Shown here piece by piece: positions 61,701-64,000 of a stretch of DNA of 64,000 bases. The translations under genes were made by a program, and so were the position numbers. The first letter of the stretch is position 1, and each line of letters begins with the position of its first letter. The notes under the pieces are model-generated. The model had not been told where the DNA came from, ran no database searches, and saw only the letters and a list, made by a program, of their open reading frames with translations. Source of the stretch: Terriglobia bacterium (GTDB taxonomy: Bacteria; Acidobacteriota; Polarisedimenticolia; Polarisedimenticolales; CAVOVZ01); contig CAVOVZ010000009.1 of NCBI GenBank assembly GCA_963699985.1, positions 41,100-105,099 on the forward strand. The letters run 5' to 3'.

Positions 61701-64000
61701 ATGCGAATCGGGACGACAGAACACGGACTGGTTGCGACGCGAATCGTGGCGCGGATCGCCGCCGCGGTGCTGGCGATCGTCACGGTTGGAACGCCGCGGA
61801 TCGCCGCGGCGACGTCGCCGTGGATCAGCGTGTGCGGCACGAACAGCCCCACGCTGGCGACGTGTGCGGTGCCCTCAAACGGAGTACCCCATTCGAGCGT
61901 GGGCGCGGACATCCGGTTCCAGCACTCGTCGGGCGCGTCCGACTTCGGCTTCGTCAACGTGATGGGCTACGTGAACGGCGACGATCTCGTCGACCTGGTC
62001 GTGGGAGCGCCCGGAGAGAACCGAGTCTACGTGTTCTACGGGAAGGTGAACCTGCCGGACGTGAGCCAGAACGTGAACACCAAGGAACCCGAGAAACGAG
62101 CCGACGGCGCGACGAGCGATGCGGACGTCATCCTGGTCGGGCCGCCGCGTAGAGACGTCGCGAGGCCTGAGACCAGTCCGCAGTTCGGCTTTTCCGTAGC
62201 GATCGCGCCCCGGCTGGACTCGCAGGATCGCAGCAACGCGATCATCATCGGAGCGCCGGCCACCTCGGATCCCGCGGCGACCGGCGCCGCGTACGTCATT
62301 CCGGCAGGTGCGCTCGCGGGCAAATCCGGAGCGATCCAGTACAACGACGAGGGCCTCGAGACCATTATTTTGAACGGGGCCGCTCCGGGCGACCAAGCAG
62401 GCTATTCGGTCGCGATCGGTCCCGTGCTGACCGATTCCGGTGACGATATCGTCGTTGGTGCCCGGAAAGCCAACGGTGGCGGGGGAATGGTTTACATCGT
62501 GCCGCGGCCGGCCTGCGCCTCTCCGGTCGCGCTGGGAGGCGAGTGCACGCACAAGGTCACCGGTCGCGGGCCCGCCGCGGACTCAGGGCGACCGGGCGAA
62601 GGGCTCGGCGAGACGCTGCTCCTCTCCAACTTCGACGCCACGTCTCGCACCTACGAGGTCGCGATCGGCGCCGTCGGCACGGGGCAGGGGGACGACGGCA
62701 ACATCGCGGGCAGGGTCTACGTTCTTCTCGTTCCCCCCACCTCCGACCTCGTGCTGGAGAGCGTTCCAGCACACGTCTGGTGCGCGGACGGACTGACCAA
62801 GAACGACTTCTTCGGGTTCTCGCTGGCCGTCGGCGACTTCGACGGGAGTTCCCTGGGCAGCGACGACCTGGCCGTCGGCGCCATCTACGCCGATGACAAG
62901 AGCGTCACTCCGAATCTCAACAACGCGGGTGCGACATACGTGTTCGCGGGCCCCCTGACGGCGACGGCGACGTGCGTGTCCCCGGCGACCGTGACGACCA
63001 AGGCGATCTACGGCCACCGCCAATGGGATGAGTTCGGCTTCGCCCTGGCGTCCGGAGACCTGGATCGCGACGGGCGCGACGATCTCGTCGCGACGGCGCG
63101 CTGGCACGAGTTCCACAGGGGGGTGGCGGAGGAGGTGGACGAGGGGGCCGCCTACGTGCTCTACGGGAGCGGCTTCGCGTCCTGGCCTCTGAGCCTCGCG
63201 TGTCCGGCCGGCGATCCGAATTGCGCGACCTCCCTGCCTCCCGGCGTCGGCGCGATGATCTTCGGCGGCGACAACGACCTCGTCGGGAGGCAGACGCTCA
63301 GCGACGAGATGGGGTTCTCGGTCGCGGTCGGTGACTTTAACCAGGCGTCGCTCTACCCCGACATCGCGTTGTCGTCCGTCACGCACGACAGGGTCTATCT
63401 TCTGACGCTTCAGAACTCGGACGATCCGGCTTCGACGGACGGACAAGATTCCGACTCGATGCGCGACCTCCGCGACGCGGACGACGACGGCGATGGGTAT
63501 CTGGACGAAGAAGAGGACTGCGACCAGAACGGCGTCGTGGACTCCATCGACTCGGACCCTCTCGTTCCCAACCGCGACGTCGGAGTAACCAGCAGCTCGT
63601 CGCCGATCTCGACCGATTCCTGCTCCCTCCGGGTCACTGTGACGATCAGGAACCACAGCACGAAGCTGACCGTCGAGAGACCGTTGCTTCAAGTGACTCT
63701 TCCCGATCGGACCTACTCCTACGTTGCGAACACCACGAACTACCGTGGCGGATCTCCGACAACATCCGGGAAAATTCCAGCCGGAAACGACGGAGGCGTA
63801 TTTCCCTTTCGCGAGCCGTCGGCCATCCCCGTCAAGCTGGATTTTTTCGGCGCCTCGGGTGGAACCGACAGCGTGACCGTCACGTTCGAGATCGCGGTAC
63901 GGGATCCATCGACCCTCGCGGGAACGGGGGACCGGCTGCTCGTGAACGTCTCCGGGGTTACCGCGGAGCTCGTCGAGAATCATGACTGCCTCACCGTACA
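61701..64000 (+). CDS. FG-GAP (integrin-alpha-like) repeat protein with TSP3-like Asp-rich Ca-binding segment, 3' partial
   Basis: This ORF is absent from the supplied track, probably because it has no stop inside the window. I read it codon by codon from the ATG at 61701 to the window end and found no stop. Repeated FGFS.A.GD.(N/D)GD...DL.VGAP.....G..YV blocks, and DADDDGDGYLDEEEDCDQNGVVDSIDSDP. Confidence 0.75.
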   Translation, partial: MRIGTTEHGLVATRIVARIAAAVLAIVTVGTPRIAAATSPWISVCGTNSPTLATCAVPSNGVPHSSVGADIRFQHSSGASDFGFVNVMGYVNGDDLVDLVVGAPGENRVYVFYGKVNLPDVSQNVNTKEPEKRADGATSDADVILVGPPRRDVARPETSPQFGFSVAIAPRLDSQDRSNAIIIGAPATSDPAATGAAYVIPAGALAGKSGAIQYNDEGLETIILNGAAPGDQAGYSVAIGPVLTDSGDDIVVGARKANGGGGMVYIVPRPACASPVALGGECTHKVTGRGPAADSGRPGEGLGETLLLSNFDATSRTYEVAIGAVGTGQGDDGNIAGRVYVLLVPPTSDLVLESVPAHVWCADGLTKNDFFGFSLAVGDFDGSSLGSDDLAVGAIYADDKSVTPNLNNAGATYVFAGPLTATATCVSPATVTTKAIYGHRQWDEFGFALASGDLDRDGRDDLVATARWHEFHRGVAEEVDEGAAYVLYGSGFASWPLSLACPAGDPNCATSLPPGVGAMIFGGDNDLVGRQTLSDEMGFSVAVGDFNQASLYPDIALSSVTHDRVYLLTLQNSDDPASTDGQDSDSMRDLRDADDDGDGYLDEEEDCDQNGVVDSIDSDPLVPNRDVGVTSSSSPISTDSCSLRVTVTIRNHSTKLTVERPLLQVTLPDRTYSYVANTTNYRGGSPTTSGKIPAGNDGGVFPFREPSAIPVKLDFFGASGGTDSVTVTFEIAVRDPSTLAGTGDRLLVNVSGVTAELVENHDCLTV

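Overview
High-GC bacterial chromosome segment; the gene content and style suggest an Acidobacteriota-like lineage, but that is inference only. I split it into three parts.

(1) 1-23 kb is housekeeping and envelope genes:
- Four minus-strand tRNAs: Glu-CTC, Gln-CTG, Ser-GCT and Ser-TGA.
- gltX, glnS, serS, murA and a HIT protein.
- A GAF-PAS hybrid histidine kinase, a desaturase with a DUF2878-like partner, and a VKOR-thioredoxin fusion.
- A TPR/PMT-like membrane protein and a 1017-aa beta-propeller protein with two CxxCH motifs.

(2) 23.2-44.5 kb is a flagellar cluster in three blocks: flgDE; fliN-like-fliOPQR-flhBAFG-fliA-fliM-fliY; and flgFGAHIJ. Each block is preceded by a correctly spaced sigma-54 type -24/-12 motif. 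Between blocks 2 and 3 lies an eight-unit tandem array of an unclassified 132-bp repeat. A second array of the same family is at 4.4-4.8 kb. The flagellar array is split by an intact Tn5/IS50-like IS with 37-bp inverted repeats and a 9-bp target duplication. Its transposase carries a roughly 290-aa N-terminal extension.

(3) 44.6-64 kb is an accessory-looking envelope region:
- A matrixin/beta-propeller/TSP3 protease and an OmpA-like protein.
- A divergent cluster of a giant Ser/Thr kinase, a FadL-like outer-membrane protein, a Cys-rich secreted protein, an FG-GAP protein and two long helical proteins.

At least four genes (murA, fliY-like, the protease, the ompA-like gene) are broken by single-nucleotide frame changes as assembled. 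Assembly indels are the most likely cause. Many long ORFs in the supplied track are GC-driven antisense or out-of-frame shadows.
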